A stretch of DNA of 64,000 nt from Chloroflexota bacterium (GTDB lineage: Bacteria; Chloroflexota; Dehalococcoidia; Lucifugimonadales; UBA3495): NCBI GenBank assembly GCA_027623675.1, contig JAQBVF010000014.1:18242-82241 (forward strand), read 5' to 3'. Shown here in pieces: positions 10,301 to 19,509 of the stretch. Positions within the stretch are counted from its first letter, which is position 1. The number at the start of each line of letters is the position of its first letter. A program made the position numbers and the translations under genes. The notes under the pieces are model-generated. The model had not been told where the DNA came from. It searched no databases and worked only from the letters and a program-made list of their open reading frames with translations.

Positions 10301-11178
10301 AACTCACGTAAGGGCCGGAAGATCTCCACGCCCAACATGAGCACAATCATGAGAGCGCGCAGCTCCAGTTCGCCGTTGCTGACCCGGACCGCGCCCCAGC
10401 CCAGGGCCACCGCGGCCCCAGCGGCGATCCCCAGGATCGTCAGGGCGCTGGTGGCGCTATTGGCCGCCAGCACGCCCATGGTTGTCCGGAACAATGCCCG
10501 GGCACGGTCGGCCAGAAGCTCACCGCGGGCCTTGCTCTGCCCGAAGGCTTTCAGGGTGGGAAGACCTTGGACCGCGTCCAGGAAGTCGGCCCCCAGCGCA
10601 CCGTAAGCGTCTCGGCGCGCCATGCTGCTATCGCGGGTCCAGCGGTGGAACAGATTGGGAATAACCAGGGTAAAGAGGGCGAACGCCAGGAAGACCAAAC
10701 CGGTCCGCAGGTCGATGACGGCCATGAACACAAAGATCAGCAGCGGCGCCAAAGCCGCCACGATCATCTGGGGCAGGTAGCGGCCAAAGAAAGCCTCAAG
10801 CCGTTCCACGCCCTCAGCCAGAGACATCAGTACATCGCCGGTCCGGCTCTGGTCGAAGTAGCCGGGGCCAAGGGCCAGGCAATGGCGGTACAACCGCTCC
10901 CGCAGTGCCACCTTTACGATGCTGGCGGTGTGGTGACTGATGACCTCTTGCAGGTACTGAAGTCCGCTTCGCAAGACGATCAGTCCCGCCATGGCGGCCA
11001 AAGGCCAGGTCAGGGACGAGAACGCCGCGCCCTCGTTTATAACCTTGACGATGACCACGGCGGCCACCGACAGCCGCGCGATTCCGGCCGCCACCGCCAG
11101 CATGCCGACGACTGCCGCCAGGACGATACGTAACCTGACATCTTTGGCCAGTGCCAGTAATCGAGGGTGTAGGTACAT
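7357..11178 (-). CDS. Fused CydD/CydC-like exporter-fold ABC transporter (TMD-NBD-TMD-NBD) with His-rich linker and tail
   Basis: 1273 aa. Two NBDs (GPSGAGKS/LSGGQKQR/DEA and GRSGAGKT/LSGGQRQR/DEA). TMD motifs EGVERLEAFFGRYLPQ (CydD-like) and GDLVSVVGGDVELVEFFFAH (CydC-like). Confidence 0.88.
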   Translation of the reverse strand: MYLHPRLLALAKDVRLRIVLAAVVGMLAVAAGIARLSVAAVVIVKVINEGAAFSSLTWPLAAMAGLIVLRSGLQYLQEVISHHTASIVKVALRERLYRHCLALGPGYFDQSRTGDVLMSLAEGVERLEAFFGRYLPQMIVAALAPLLIFVFMAVIDLRTGLVFLAFALFTLVIPNLFHRWTRDSSMARRDAYGALGADFLDAVQGLPTLKAFGQSKARGELLADRARALFRTTMGVLAANSATSALTILGIAAGAAVALGWGAVRVSNGELELRALMIVLMLGVEIFRPLRELVQLYHDGMIAMSSAEGIFDIMDAEIEVAEPADGSARLDLIPELRFESVDYAYSGGRRPALHGLSFTLKAGETLGLVGPSGAGKSTIVWSILRFFDPQSGRILLGGADIREIPLAQLRDQVAVVTQDTYLFHGTVAENLRFGGPGATQEDLETAAKAANAHEFISHLPNGYDTVVGERAVRLSGGQKQRIAIARALLKNAPILVLDEALSSVDAENEAVIQEALDRLMEGRTTLIIAHRLSSVVNADRIIVLEDGRLVESGTHSELVAAGGVYSSLMAQQQDIDDEHVGDPGKEHAHAGASAVLAHDTAPAPDTGAFVPQPAHQGEGHHHHAVPTAGAATAPASRLGFMTVWRRLFQLVRPWRGELALTFFLGLLHHGSIIGLSVISALLVGEVITGGDLTALLVLLGVFVPLAAFFTWAESWVAHDMAYRLLAEMRVDVYNKLDPLTPAYMVRRRSGDLVSVVGGDVELVEFFFAHTITPAFVAILVPAGVLATLAFIAWPVALVLSPFLLATAISPFMAQKRSEGLGEELRSQLGDVHAHMVDSIQGMREIAAFGQGPSRTAEMVANSWRFAHFQLRFLKERAFQVGFIEGMTALGGLAVLAMGVWLMTNGDISRTQLVLSVVLSVAAFAPIADIARTIKQLMETLAAARRLFVVHDEPVPVIDGPGVPSSPNGSKPSPALSFEHVGFSYGEGEAQALHGVSFDVDPGQTVALVGRSGAGKTTCANLVMRFWDPAEGHVRLGGHDLREFELDDLRRKIALVSQDTYLFNASIRDNLRLGKIDATDAEIETAARQANAHEFIASFPDGYDTKVGERGMQLSGGQRQRISIARALLKNAPLLILDEATSYLDAVNERQVRNALETLMEGRTTLVIAHRLSTVRDADRIVVLDNGHAVEQGNHHELLASHGLYSQLVSTQLVGAASGAGHPEEKHTEEKHSGENRDAHHQSGHQGDGHHEGHADHRGGPLPGMPEVDPHHHH

Positions 11179-11188
11179 GGATTATCCT

Positions 11189-12208
11189 TTATTGCGGGTA
11201 AATGGCTCCGCTGTCCCCTTCAAACACGTTTCCAGTCTCAAGCCCCTCCACTGCCGTGGCATCCCCACCCAGGGCCGGGACCATCACCGCTACGTTCTTG
11301 CGCATCAATTCCAGGTAGGTATGTTCCGGGTCGCCAGGCTTGCCGGGTAGGTCGTCGTCGGCCATCTCATCAATGAACTGGGCGCCGGCCTCATCCGCGA
11401 TGGCTTCCAACACGTCACTGGAAAAAACTTCAGAGCCGAAGACGGCCGGAAGGCCCAGCGATTTCAATTGGTCGATCAGCCCGGCCACATCATTGGCAGA
11501 AGGTTGCGCGAAATTAGAGGGTTGAATCGCTCCAATCACCTCCATACCGTACTGTTTGGCGAAGTACGCCCAGGAATCGTGGTAAGTCAGCAACTTACGG
11601 TTCCCTTCCGGCACGGTCGCGACCGCGGTCCTGAAGGCCTGGTCCATCTTGATGACCCGCTCCCTGAACCGGGCCAGGTTTTCGTCGAAGTAGGGGGCAT
11701 TGTCCGGATCCAAGGCAGTCAACTGGCCGTGGACCAACTCAGCGTACCGCAGGCCCAGATTGGGGTCCGGCCAAAGGTGTGGGTTGGGATGGCCGGCAGA
11801 CTCCGGGAAGGTGAAGTCGAATTGCCATTGGTCTTCCGTCACCGAAAGATCGCCCAGATTCAGGATCACGGTGTCAGCTTGCTTGTTGGCCTCGGCCAAT
11901 GCCAGGGTTGGCTCCTCCAAGAACAGGCCGTTGATCACGATCAAGTCGGCTTGGGAGAGGAGTTTAGCCATGGACGGATTCGGCTCAAAGGTGTGGGAGT
12001 TAACGCCCTCGGGCACGACGCCTTCCAGCCGTATCCGCGTGCCTCCGATATTCTCAACGATGTTGGTGATCGGCGAAACCGTGGCCACCACCCTAAGCCT
12101 CTGGTCTTGGCTGGCGTCCGGCTGGTCTGACGAGCCGCCGCAAGCGCTGAGCGCCAAAGCCAATAGCAGGACCGCCCAAATCATGCCACCGTGAAATATA
12201 CGCGTCAT
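11189..12208 (-). CDS. znuA: Zn/Mn ABC transporter substrate-binding lipoprotein (ZnuA-like)
   Basis: Lipobox LSAC; NSHTFEP, NPHLW and TYHDSWAYFA metal-ligand motifs. Confidence 0.9.
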   Translation of the reverse strand: MTRIFHGGMIWAVLLLALALSACGGSSDQPDASQDQRLRVVATVSPITNIVENIGGTRIRLEGVVPEGVNSHTFEPNPSMAKLLSQADLIVINGLFLEEPTLALAEANKQADTVILNLGDLSVTEDQWQFDFTFPESAGHPNPHLWPDPNLGLRYAELVHGQLTALDPDNAPYFDENLARFRERVIKMDQAFRTAVATVPEGNRKLLTYHDSWAYFAKQYGMEVIGAIQPSNFAQPSANDVAGLIDQLKSLGLPAVFGSEVFSSDVLEAIADEAGAQFIDEMADDDLPGKPGDPEHTYLELMRKNVAVMVPALGGDATAVEGLETGNVFEGDSGAIYPQ

Positions 12209-12703
12209 CTAGTCATGAACCTCTTTATTGTGTGTTGAATCATCTGGGCCGGTGTCCTTGGTTTTGCCAGCCGCTTGGCACTGGGCGCAAACACCGCTGA
12301 CGGCGAAGTGCTCCAGGTCCGGCTCGAATCCAAATTCGCTATTCAGAACTTCGCGGAATTCGGCCAGGTAATGGGGGCTTAGGTTGAATGCGCCGTTGCA
12401 GACCCGGCAGACCATGTGGTGATGGTGCCCGTTCGGGTCGGTTAACTCAAAGTGCAACCGGTCGCCGATGGCTACCTCGGTCACCACTCCCAAACCCTTG
12501 AACAGATGCAACGTCCGGTAGACGGTGGCGATGTCCATGTAGGGATAAGCCTTCTTGGCGGCCTGGAAAACCTCGTCCACGCCCTTATGTCCCCCGCCGG
12601 CGGCGATGCAGGAAAGCACGATAAGCCGTTGCGGGGTAAGCCGGTGGCCCTTGAGACGCAGTGTCTCGATGGCCTTTTCATGGGTTGTCATCTCTGTAGA
12701 CAT
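12209..12703 (-). CDS. Fur-family regulator, probably Zur
   Basis: RLTPQR, ATVYRTL, HHHHMVCRVC and CAQC motifs; first gene of a metal uptake operon. Confidence 0.88.
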   Translation of the reverse strand: MSTEMTTHEKAIETLRLKGHRLTPQRLIVLSCIAAGGGHKGVDEVFQAAKKAYPYMDIATVYRTLHLFKGLGVVTEVAIGDRLHFELTDPNGHHHHMVCRVCNGAFNLSPHYLAEFREVLNSEFGFEPDLEHFAVSGVCAQCQAAGKTKDTGPDDSTHNKEVHD

Positions 12704-12747
12704 AGGAGGTCGGGGCCGGGAGAACAGTGGTGCGAACGAAAGTTATT

Positions 12748-12795
12748 GCAATTGATTGCGGGAACTAATTCTAGCATTAGCTGACCGGTTGTCAA
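12748..12795 (-). promoter_or_regulatory. Sigma70 promoter of the fur/zur operon with a candidate downstream operator
   Basis: Minus strand TTGACA-16 nt-(TGc)TAGAAT at 12795-12768; inverted repeat GCAAT-TG-ATTGC at 12748-12759. Confidence 0.6.
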
Positions 12796-12838
12796 GGCGG
12801 CATTTGGCGGCGGGGGGAGATGACTAGCGGGGGCGAAG

Positions 12839-14128
12839 CTAGACCTTGACGGCGGAGATCATGATCCCGGAGACGACTCTGGTGACGGCCATGGCGATGA
12901 AGACGATGGGCCACGGGCTGCCGGCCATGTCGAGCACGGCGGCGAATATCAGGGCTTGGGCGCCGGCGTAGGCGTAGCCGTGGGCGTCCAGCAGGCCCGA
13001 AGAAGTGCCCGACATGTGCCGCCCGGCGATGTCCACGGCCACGGTGGACATGGGAGACATGCCCATGGAAAGCCCGCCAACCAAAAGCAGCACGGCTCCC
13101 AGAGTGACGTTGACCGGAGGGGCCAGGGCGATGCAGACCAGCACGATCGCGCTGACCGCGCAGGAGAAGATAACCATCGGCCGCCTGCGGCTGCCCAGAT
13201 ACCGGTCGGAGAATATACCGGCGATTGGCGGGGCGATCAGGTAGCCCATGGGAAGCAGGATGGTGAGCAGGACCGTGGACTCGATGGACAGCCCGCCCTC
13301 TTCGAAGTAGTAGATGGGGACCCAGGTGGTGAGCCCGTAGCGGACCACGTTCTCCAGTCCCTTGACGTGGCTGGCCAATAGGAACCTGGGATTGGACAGC
13401 AGTTCTTTGTAGGGTCCCAGACCCTTGAGACGCTCCGGGTCGATGGCCTCGGGCACGGCGGAGACCACGTCATCCTCCACATACTCGGGCAGGTCGACCT
13501 TGGAAGGACGGTCCCGGACGATGAAGTAGAAGGCGATACCCAGCACGGCAATGATCAAAGGAGGGTAGCGGAAGGACGCGCGCCAGCCCCATTCGGCGCC
13601 CACGTAGCCGGATATCCACCACATCATCACCATTGCGCCGCCAGCGGCGGTGCCCACGATGCCCATGGCCATGCCCCGGTTGCGGCGGGGCCACCATTGG
13701 GAGATCATGCTGATTCCGGGGGCCCAGCAGGCGGCGTTGACGAATCCGGCGATGCCCCAGGGTATGGCCATGGTCACTGCCGATGTGGCGAAGCTGGTGA
13801 CCCAGTTGAAGATGGTGGTGAGGATGGCGCCGATCAGGACCCACAGCCGCAAACCATAGGTTTCACTGAGCCGGCCGTGGACCAGGTCGCCCAGGCCGAA
13901 GCCCCAGAGAAGCATGGCGTTCACCAGACCAACCTCGAAGTTGGAGAGGCTCAGGTCCTCTTTGACCAAGGGGGCTACCGGCCAGAAGTTGAACCGGCCC
14001 AGGTAGAGGAACAGGTAGAACCCGGCGAAGGCCAGCAGTATCCGCCACTTGAAGATGTGGTATTCGCGAGGAAGGTCTTCGTAGCGTGCTGTTTGGCCGC
14101 TGCTCATGGTTCTTCCAGGTGGGATCAT
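12839..14128 (-). CDS. MFS transporter, organophosphate:Pi antiporter (GlpT/UhpC)-like
   Basis: About 12 TM segments; YLGRFNF, GRLSETYG and QWWPRRNRGMAMG motifs. Confidence 0.82.
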   Translation of the reverse strand: MIPPGRTMSSGQTARYEDLPREYHIFKWRILLAFAGFYLFLYLGRFNFWPVAPLVKEDLSLSNFEVGLVNAMLLWGFGLGDLVHGRLSETYGLRLWVLIGAILTTIFNWVTSFATSAVTMAIPWGIAGFVNAACWAPGISMISQWWPRRNRGMAMGIVGTAAGGAMVMMWWISGYVGAEWGWRASFRYPPLIIAVLGIAFYFIVRDRPSKVDLPEYVEDDVVSAVPEAIDPERLKGLGPYKELLSNPRFLLASHVKGLENVVRYGLTTWVPIYYFEEGGLSIESTVLLTILLPMGYLIAPPIAGIFSDRYLGSRRRPMVIFSCAVSAIVLVCIALAPPVNVTLGAVLLLVGGLSMGMSPMSTVAVDIAGRHMSGTSSGLLDAHGYAYAGAQALIFAAVLDMAGSPWPIVFIAMAVTRVVSGIMISAVKV

Positions 14129-14227
14129 AAATAAAAAGGCCGAGAGGCAGGCTCGCTAACTTCTATGAATACGGGAAAGCGGCGTGCCTTTCGGCCTTTT
14201 GCGGTTGCTGCTGGATTTTATGTGAAG

Positions 14228-14710
14228 TTAGCTGCCGGCGGGTATGCGGGCCTTGGCGATGCCTTCCAATTCTTCGTTGGACATGGCCAGGTCAATGGGG
14301 TCGCCCATGGGCTGAGGGACTTTATAAGGAGTCCGGACGTACAACTCGATGCGGTTGCCTTCCGGGTCGAAGAAATACATGCCGAAGGCGATGCCATGGC
14401 TGACGATCCGCTCGACCTTTACGTCTGGCTCGGCCTCCAAACGGGCGTGGTATTCCCGCAGGTCTTCCAGTGTGGGAACGATGAACGAGATCTGCTGAAT
14501 GACCTTGGCATCGTCACGGGTCACCCGGCCCTTCATCAGGACGAACTCGTGATGCTCCCGCTCTTTGTCGGCGGTCAGGAAGGTCATTCCGCGCTCTTCC
14601 AGGTCTTCATCCGAGATGGTGAGACCGATGACACGGGTGTAGAAGTCCCGCATCTTCATCAGGTCTTCCGCGTAGATCCCAACGTGTCCCAGAGAGTCGA
14701 TCGTAGGCAT
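14228..14710 (-). CDS. VOC/glyoxalase family protein
   Basis: LGHVGI...FYTRVIGL and YFFDPEGNRIEL motifs. Confidence 0.88.
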   Translation of the reverse strand: MPTIDSLGHVGIYAEDLMKMRDFYTRVIGLTISDEDLEERGMTFLTADKEREHHEFVLMKGRVTRDDAKVIQQISFIVPTLEDLREYHARLEAEPDVKVERIVSHGIAFGMYFFDPEGNRIELYVRTPYKVPQPMGDPIDLAMSNEELEGIAKARIPAGS

Positions 14711-14808
14711 GGCGGTAATCCTCCGTCTATTTAGCTGCGCTGTTCCCGAGGAGAGTCCCTAATTATTAGCGCGAATTATACACCACCGGTCGGCCGGCAC
14801 GCCGTCGA

Positions 14809-17067
14809 TTATTCGCTGCCGCGCCGCCGGCCGGCCATCGCCCGGAACAGTTTCTCGGAGCTGACCGGAATCTCGGTCATGCTGACTCCGGTGGCATCCA
14901 AGATGGCGTTGACGATGGCGGGGGCCACCGAGCTGATTCCCTGCTCGCCGATCGCCTTGCCGCCGTAGGGTGAGGGGCCGCCGCTTTCGCTCTGGACCAG
15001 CACCGTCCGAAGCTCCGGCATATCGGGCATGGACGGTATCTTGTATTCGCCCATCGACAGGGTGGTCACGTGGCCCTCGTCATATTGTAGGTCTTCGGTC
15101 AGGGCGTAGCCGATGCCCTGCATCACCGCTCCGTCGATCTGGCCCTGGTGCCCCAGCGGGTTCAAGATCGTCCCCACGTCATGGGCGGAGGTGAACTTGG
15201 TCAGGCTAATCTGGCCCGTCTCTTCGTCCACTTCAACCTCGGCGATCTGGACGCAGAACACGGTGATGTCTTCGTCGCGCTCTGAGTCGTAGGTATTCTC
15301 GGATTCCATGAGGCCGCCGGACCGGGCAACCAGGTCGCCCAGGCTAACCGAAGTCTTACCCGGCGCGGTCACCTGCCCGTGGGAGAAGCCGGTCTCGTCC
15401 TCGGGCCAGCCAAACATGTCGGCGGCCATGGTTACCATCTTCTGGCGCAACTCCTGAGCCGTCCGGTAAACGGCCTGGCCGGCCACGTGGGTCACCCGGC
15501 TGCCACCCACGCCGGTCTCGAAATCGACATCGTCGGTGCTCCAATTCACCATCTTGATCTCATCGTAAGCCACGCCCAACTCTTGTCCCAAAATCTGGCG
15601 GAGCACGGTGTAGAAGCCAGACCCGGTGTCGGGCAGGGCGGTGTAGAGAGTGACCAGTCCGTCGGAGTCCACGGTGATCTTGGCGGTGGAGCTGCCCGCG
15701 CCGACATGCCGCTCGCAGATGGCCATGCCGCGTCCGGTCAGCTTACCAGGATTCTGGGGCTTGGCGGCGTCGTAGCCGGACTCTTTGATGGCGGCTTCCA
15801 GGGTCCGAAGGCCCATGATGTTCTGCCACCGATGTCCCAAGGGGGATTCGTCGCCGTCCTGCACCAGGTTCTTCCTGCGGAGGTCGGCCGGGTCCATGCC
15901 CAATTCGCGGGCGATGAGGTCGATCTGTGCCTCGGCGGCGAAGATGGACTGGGGATCTCCGGGCGCCCGCATGCTGCCGCAGGGCACCTGGTTGGTGTAG
16001 ACCACGTAGGAGTCGATATGGCCGTGGGGAATCTTGTACGGACCCAGGCAGCGGGCGCCGTAGGAGACGCCCCGCTGGGGTTTGAATGCCGCGTACCCGC
16101 CGCTGTCGTAGACCAGGTTGGCCTGCCGGGCGGTGAACGTGCCGTCCTTCTTAACGCCCGTCTTGAAGGTCATCACGGCCGGGTGGCGGGGGTTGCCGGC
16201 CATCAGTTCTTCGATGTAGGTCATCACCATGCGCACGGGGCGGCCGGTGGTCTTGGAGAGCCAGAAACCCAGGTGGCTGTCCATGAACCCGCCCTTGCCG
16301 CCGAAGTCGCCGCCAATGGTTATGGGGTTGACCCGTATCTGGCCGGTGGACATGTCGATGCCTTCGGACAGCTGCTGCCGCACCTGGAAGGGCATCTTGC
16401 TGTTGACCCAGGCCTGGACCCGCCCGGTGGTGTCCAGGAAGACCACCGAGGCGTGTGGCTCGATGTACGCCTGGTGCTGGTGATTGGTCTTGAAAGTGTG
16501 TTCAAAGACATAATCAGCTTCGGCGAAGCCTTTTTCGACATCGCCCCGGCTCCAGACGCCGTGCCCGGCCATGTTGGGGTGGTCTTGCGCGCCGCCTGCT
16601 GTTCCCACGTAACCGCTGAACTCAGGATGAAGGGTGGTGGCGCCGGGCCTGATGGCCGCCACCGGGTCCAAGATGGGCTCCAATTCTTCATACTCGATCT
16701 GTATCAGGTTCAGGGCTTCTTCGGCGATATCGTCGTCTTCCGCGGCCACCGCCACGACCTTCTGTCCGGCAAACCGGACCACGTCCCGGGCCAGAATGGG
16801 CATGTCCCGGAGCATCCGCCCCACCAGATGGGGCGGTATGTCATCGGCGGTCAACACGGCATGCACGCCGGGCACCTTCCGGGCCTCCGCCAACGAGTCC
16901 TGGTTGATGGACACGATCTTGGCATAGGGGAAGGGGCTACGCAGGCACTTGCCCACCAGGATGCCCGGCAGGTTGACGTCGGCGGGGTAGATGGCTTGTC
17001 CGGTAACCTTGGCCGGGCCTTCCGCGCGCCCAACCGGCTTGCCGATGGTTTCGTAAGAGCTAGTCAC
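14809..17067 (-). CDS. Xanthine dehydrogenase family molybdopterin-binding large subunit
   Basis: KVTGQAIY, IGGDFGGK, MRAPG, GVGGSR, GQIDGAVMQGIG and GKAIGE motifs. Confidence 0.9.
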   Translation of the reverse strand: MTSSYETIGKPVGRAEGPAKVTGQAIYPADVNLPGILVGKCLRSPFPYAKIVSINQDSLAEARKVPGVHAVLTADDIPPHLVGRMLRDMPILARDVVRFAGQKVVAVAAEDDDIAEEALNLIQIEYEELEPILDPVAAIRPGATTLHPEFSGYVGTAGGAQDHPNMAGHGVWSRGDVEKGFAEADYVFEHTFKTNHQHQAYIEPHASVVFLDTTGRVQAWVNSKMPFQVRQQLSEGIDMSTGQIRVNPITIGGDFGGKGGFMDSHLGFWLSKTTGRPVRMVMTYIEELMAGNPRHPAVMTFKTGVKKDGTFTARQANLVYDSGGYAAFKPQRGVSYGARCLGPYKIPHGHIDSYVVYTNQVPCGSMRAPGDPQSIFAAEAQIDLIARELGMDPADLRRKNLVQDGDESPLGHRWQNIMGLRTLEAAIKESGYDAAKPQNPGKLTGRGMAICERHVGAGSSTAKITVDSDGLVTLYTALPDTGSGFYTVLRQILGQELGVAYDEIKMVNWSTDDVDFETGVGGSRVTHVAGQAVYRTAQELRQKMVTMAADMFGWPEDETGFSHGQVTAPGKTSVSLGDLVARSGGLMESENTYDSERDEDITVFCVQIAEVEVDEETGQISLTKFTSAHDVGTILNPLGHQGQIDGAVMQGIGYALTEDLQYDEGHVTTLSMGEYKIPSMPDMPELRTVLVQSESGGPSPYGGKAIGEQGISSVAPAIVNAILDATGVSMTEIPVSSEKLFRAMAGRRRGSE

Positions 17068-17124
17068 GTTGCGCCTCCCCTATCTGGCTTCGGTCTCGTT
17101 AGAACTGGTCATGATCAGTCTCCC

Positions 17125-18732
17125 CTATCCGGCCTTTGTTTTGCTTCCGGACTTTTTGGGCGCGCCCTCAGCCGCCAGGTCCATGGCCAACTGGGCCAGC
17201 GTTCGAACGGGCACCCCGGTCGCGCCCTTGACCAGGTAGCCGGAGGCGCGGTCCGAGGTCGACGTTCCGGCGATGTCCAGGTGCACCCAGGCCGCGCCGT
17301 CGACGAACTCGGCCAGGAGCAGCGCGGCGCTGATGGACCCAGCCTGGCGTCCGCCGCTGTTCTTCATGTCGGCAACGTCGCTTTTGATCAGGTCTTTGTA
17401 TTCGTCGAACATCGGCAGTTCCCAGAATCTCTCGCCAGTCTTCTTGCCGGCGTCGATGGTCTGCTGGACGAGTTTGTTGTCGTTGCCCATGACACCGGTG
17501 CAGGCTTTGCCCAGGGTAGTGACCATGGCCCCAGTCAACGTGGCCACGTCCACCAGCCGCGTGATGCCCTGCTCCCGGGCGTAGCACAGCGCGTCGGCCA
17601 GCACCAGGCGGCCTTCGGCGTCGGTGTTGATCACCTCGATGGTCTTGCCGTTCATGGCCCGGACCACGTCTCCCGGCCGCTGGGCCGAGGAGCCGGGCAT
17701 GTTCTCGGTGGCCGCGATCACGGCCAGCACGTTTATCTTTGGCTTGGTCTGACCGATCACCTGCATGGCGGCGATGACCGACGCCCCGCCGGCCATGTCG
17801 CCTTTCATGGCCTCCATGCCGCCGGGCGGCTTCAGGGATATGCCGCCGGTGTCGAAGGTGATGCCCTTGCCGATCAGGCCCAGGTTATTCTCCGGGTTCC
17901 CGGGGTCGCCGTCGTAGCGCATGACGATGAGCTTGGCCGGTTCGTCGGTGCCCTGGGCCACGCCCATGAACGCGCCCATGCCCATCATCTTCATCTCCGG
18001 ATTGTCCAGGACCAGTATCTCGAAACCCTGGTCTTTGGCCACTTTTTGAGCCGCCTCGGCCATGCGGGAGGGCGTCATGTGGTTGGCCGGTTCGTTGACC
18101 ATGTCACGGGCGATGATCGTCGCCAAAGCCGTGGCGCTGCCCAACAGCACCCCGGTTTTGATGGCCTTGGCGCGTGCCTCGTCCAGCTCCACCACGGTCA
18201 GCTTCTCAAACTCGGTGGATGAGTCGCCATTCTTCGTCAGGTAATGACCGAATCTGTAAAGACCCAGGTGGGCGCCCTCGGCGATTGCCTGGCCTGATTC
18301 TTCAGGGTCGAGTCCGCCGATTCCAGCCCCGTGGGCGATGGTGGCAGCTTTGGAGATTCCTTTGCGGCGGAGGAAGCGGACCACCTCCGCTGACACCCGG
18401 CGCACGACCTGGGCATCAAACTTGTCTTCGGGGCCAAGTCCAGCCACCAGCACCCTGCTCGGCTTGATCTTGCCCATGGTGTGTATCAACGTTGTCTCAC
18501 CGGCGTTGCCCTTGATCTCTCCTTCGGCGATCAACCGGGTGATGATCCCGTCCAGTGCCTGGTCCACCGCTCCCGTCGCGCCTCCGGGCTGCTTTACGCC
18601 CTTGAACAGGTTGACCACCAGAGCGGGGGTTTCGATGCCCGTGATATCAGCGGACAGGACATCGATCTCCAGTTCGGCGGGCTTGGCGGCCTTGATTGTA
18701 TCTTTTGCCTTGGGTTTTCGCGTCGTCGTCAT
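17125..18732 (-). CDS. pepA: Leucyl aminopeptidase (M17)
   Basis: GKGITFDTGG, MKGDMAGG, NTDAEGRL, ATLTGA. Confidence 0.95.
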   Translation of the reverse strand: MTTTRKPKAKDTIKAAKPAELEIDVLSADITGIETPALVVNLFKGVKQPGGATGAVDQALDGIITRLIAEGEIKGNAGETTLIHTMGKIKPSRVLVAGLGPEDKFDAQVVRRVSAEVVRFLRRKGISKAATIAHGAGIGGLDPEESGQAIAEGAHLGLYRFGHYLTKNGDSSTEFEKLTVVELDEARAKAIKTGVLLGSATALATIIARDMVNEPANHMTPSRMAEAAQKVAKDQGFEILVLDNPEMKMMGMGAFMGVAQGTDEPAKLIVMRYDGDPGNPENNLGLIGKGITFDTGGISLKPPGGMEAMKGDMAGGASVIAAMQVIGQTKPKINVLAVIAATENMPGSSAQRPGDVVRAMNGKTIEVINTDAEGRLVLADALCYAREQGITRLVDVATLTGAMVTTLGKACTGVMGNDNKLVQQTIDAGKKTGERFWELPMFDEYKDLIKSDVADMKNSGGRQAGSISAALLLAEFVDGAAWVHLDIAGTSTSDRASGYLVKGATGVPVRTLAQLAMDLAAEGAPKKSGSKTKAG

Positions 18733-19427
18733 GGAGTTGTTAATCCACCTGGGTCAGAATCGGGTTTGTCACGTCCGCCGGATCTCGCCCAGGCAACAAC
18801 CCGGTCGAGTACGGGGGTGATGTTCTTTGAGGAGTCGACCGCATAATGGCCGCGTTTCACCGGCTCTTCCACCGGGGCGAGCCGGGTGTATATCAACCAA
18901 CCGGCGTCGGAGTAAGTATTGGCGTGGCGGTCTGCTTTCCGCTCTTTCAACCGGCGGCGGACCGTATCTTTGGGCGCGGTGAGATGCACCAAAGCCAGGG
19001 GCGCCCCGGTGAGTTCGGAGATATCGTATAGGTAGGTCCGAAAGTCCTCGTTGAGGTTGGTGGCGTCGAACAAGACGCTGTAGCCGTTGGTTAGATATTC
19101 GGTGATCAGCCGGTAGCAGGACTCGAAAACACGCCGGTGCTCGGTCGTGGTGTACTTGGGGTGCTCCACCAGCACCTTGCGGAGGCGGTCCGTCTCCAAG
19201 ACCAGGAAGGGGACCTGTTCCGTCAACTTGGCGGCGAAATACGATTTACCGGTGCCGGGGAGGCCGCACATGGCGACGAGCAAAGGCTGCTTGGGCATGC
19301 GGGGTTGGGATATGAACAGGTCATTGTCCAGCACCTCGCGAAGGGCAGCCACGTCCTGATTCAGCCGGTTGTCCAATGGGTTCCATCCAAAAAGAGAGTG
19401 GGTCGCCGAGTTGATCGACCCGGACAT
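18729..19427 (-). CDS. P-loop kinase (AAA_33 / gluconokinase-like)
   Basis: CGLPGTGKS, TDRLRK, LFDATN, SDA..IY; stop overlaps the pepA start (ATGA). Start uncertain. Confidence 0.8.
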   Translation of the reverse strand: MSGSINSATHSLFGWNPLDNRLNQDVAALREVLDNDLFISQPRMPKQPLLVAMCGLPGTGKSYFAAKLTEQVPFLVLETDRLRKVLVEHPKYTTTEHRRVFESCYRLITEYLTNGYSVLFDATNLNEDFRTYLYDISELTGAPLALVHLTAPKDTVRRRLKERKADRHANTYSDAGWLIYTRLAPVEEPVKRGHYAVDSSKNITPVLDRVVAWARSGGRDKPDSDPGGLTTP

Positions 19428-19509
19428 TATAGTCGGTATGGAGGGCCAGCCCCTATAGCCCTGGTCCCGTAGGCGCGCCTGAGTCGTGAGACTGCGTCCG
19501 GCTTGATCG

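Noticed and set aside
14809..17067. Aerobic CO dehydrogenase CoxL
   Set aside because: Active-site loop is CGSMRAPG, not AYxCSFR (form I) or AYxGAGR (form II).
15379..18222. 947-aa plus-strand ORF
   Set aside because: Antisense shadow of pepA and the molybdoenzyme caused by GC-rich codon usage; no motifs. The same applies to other long antisense ORFs such as 7903-9156 and 28236-29402.
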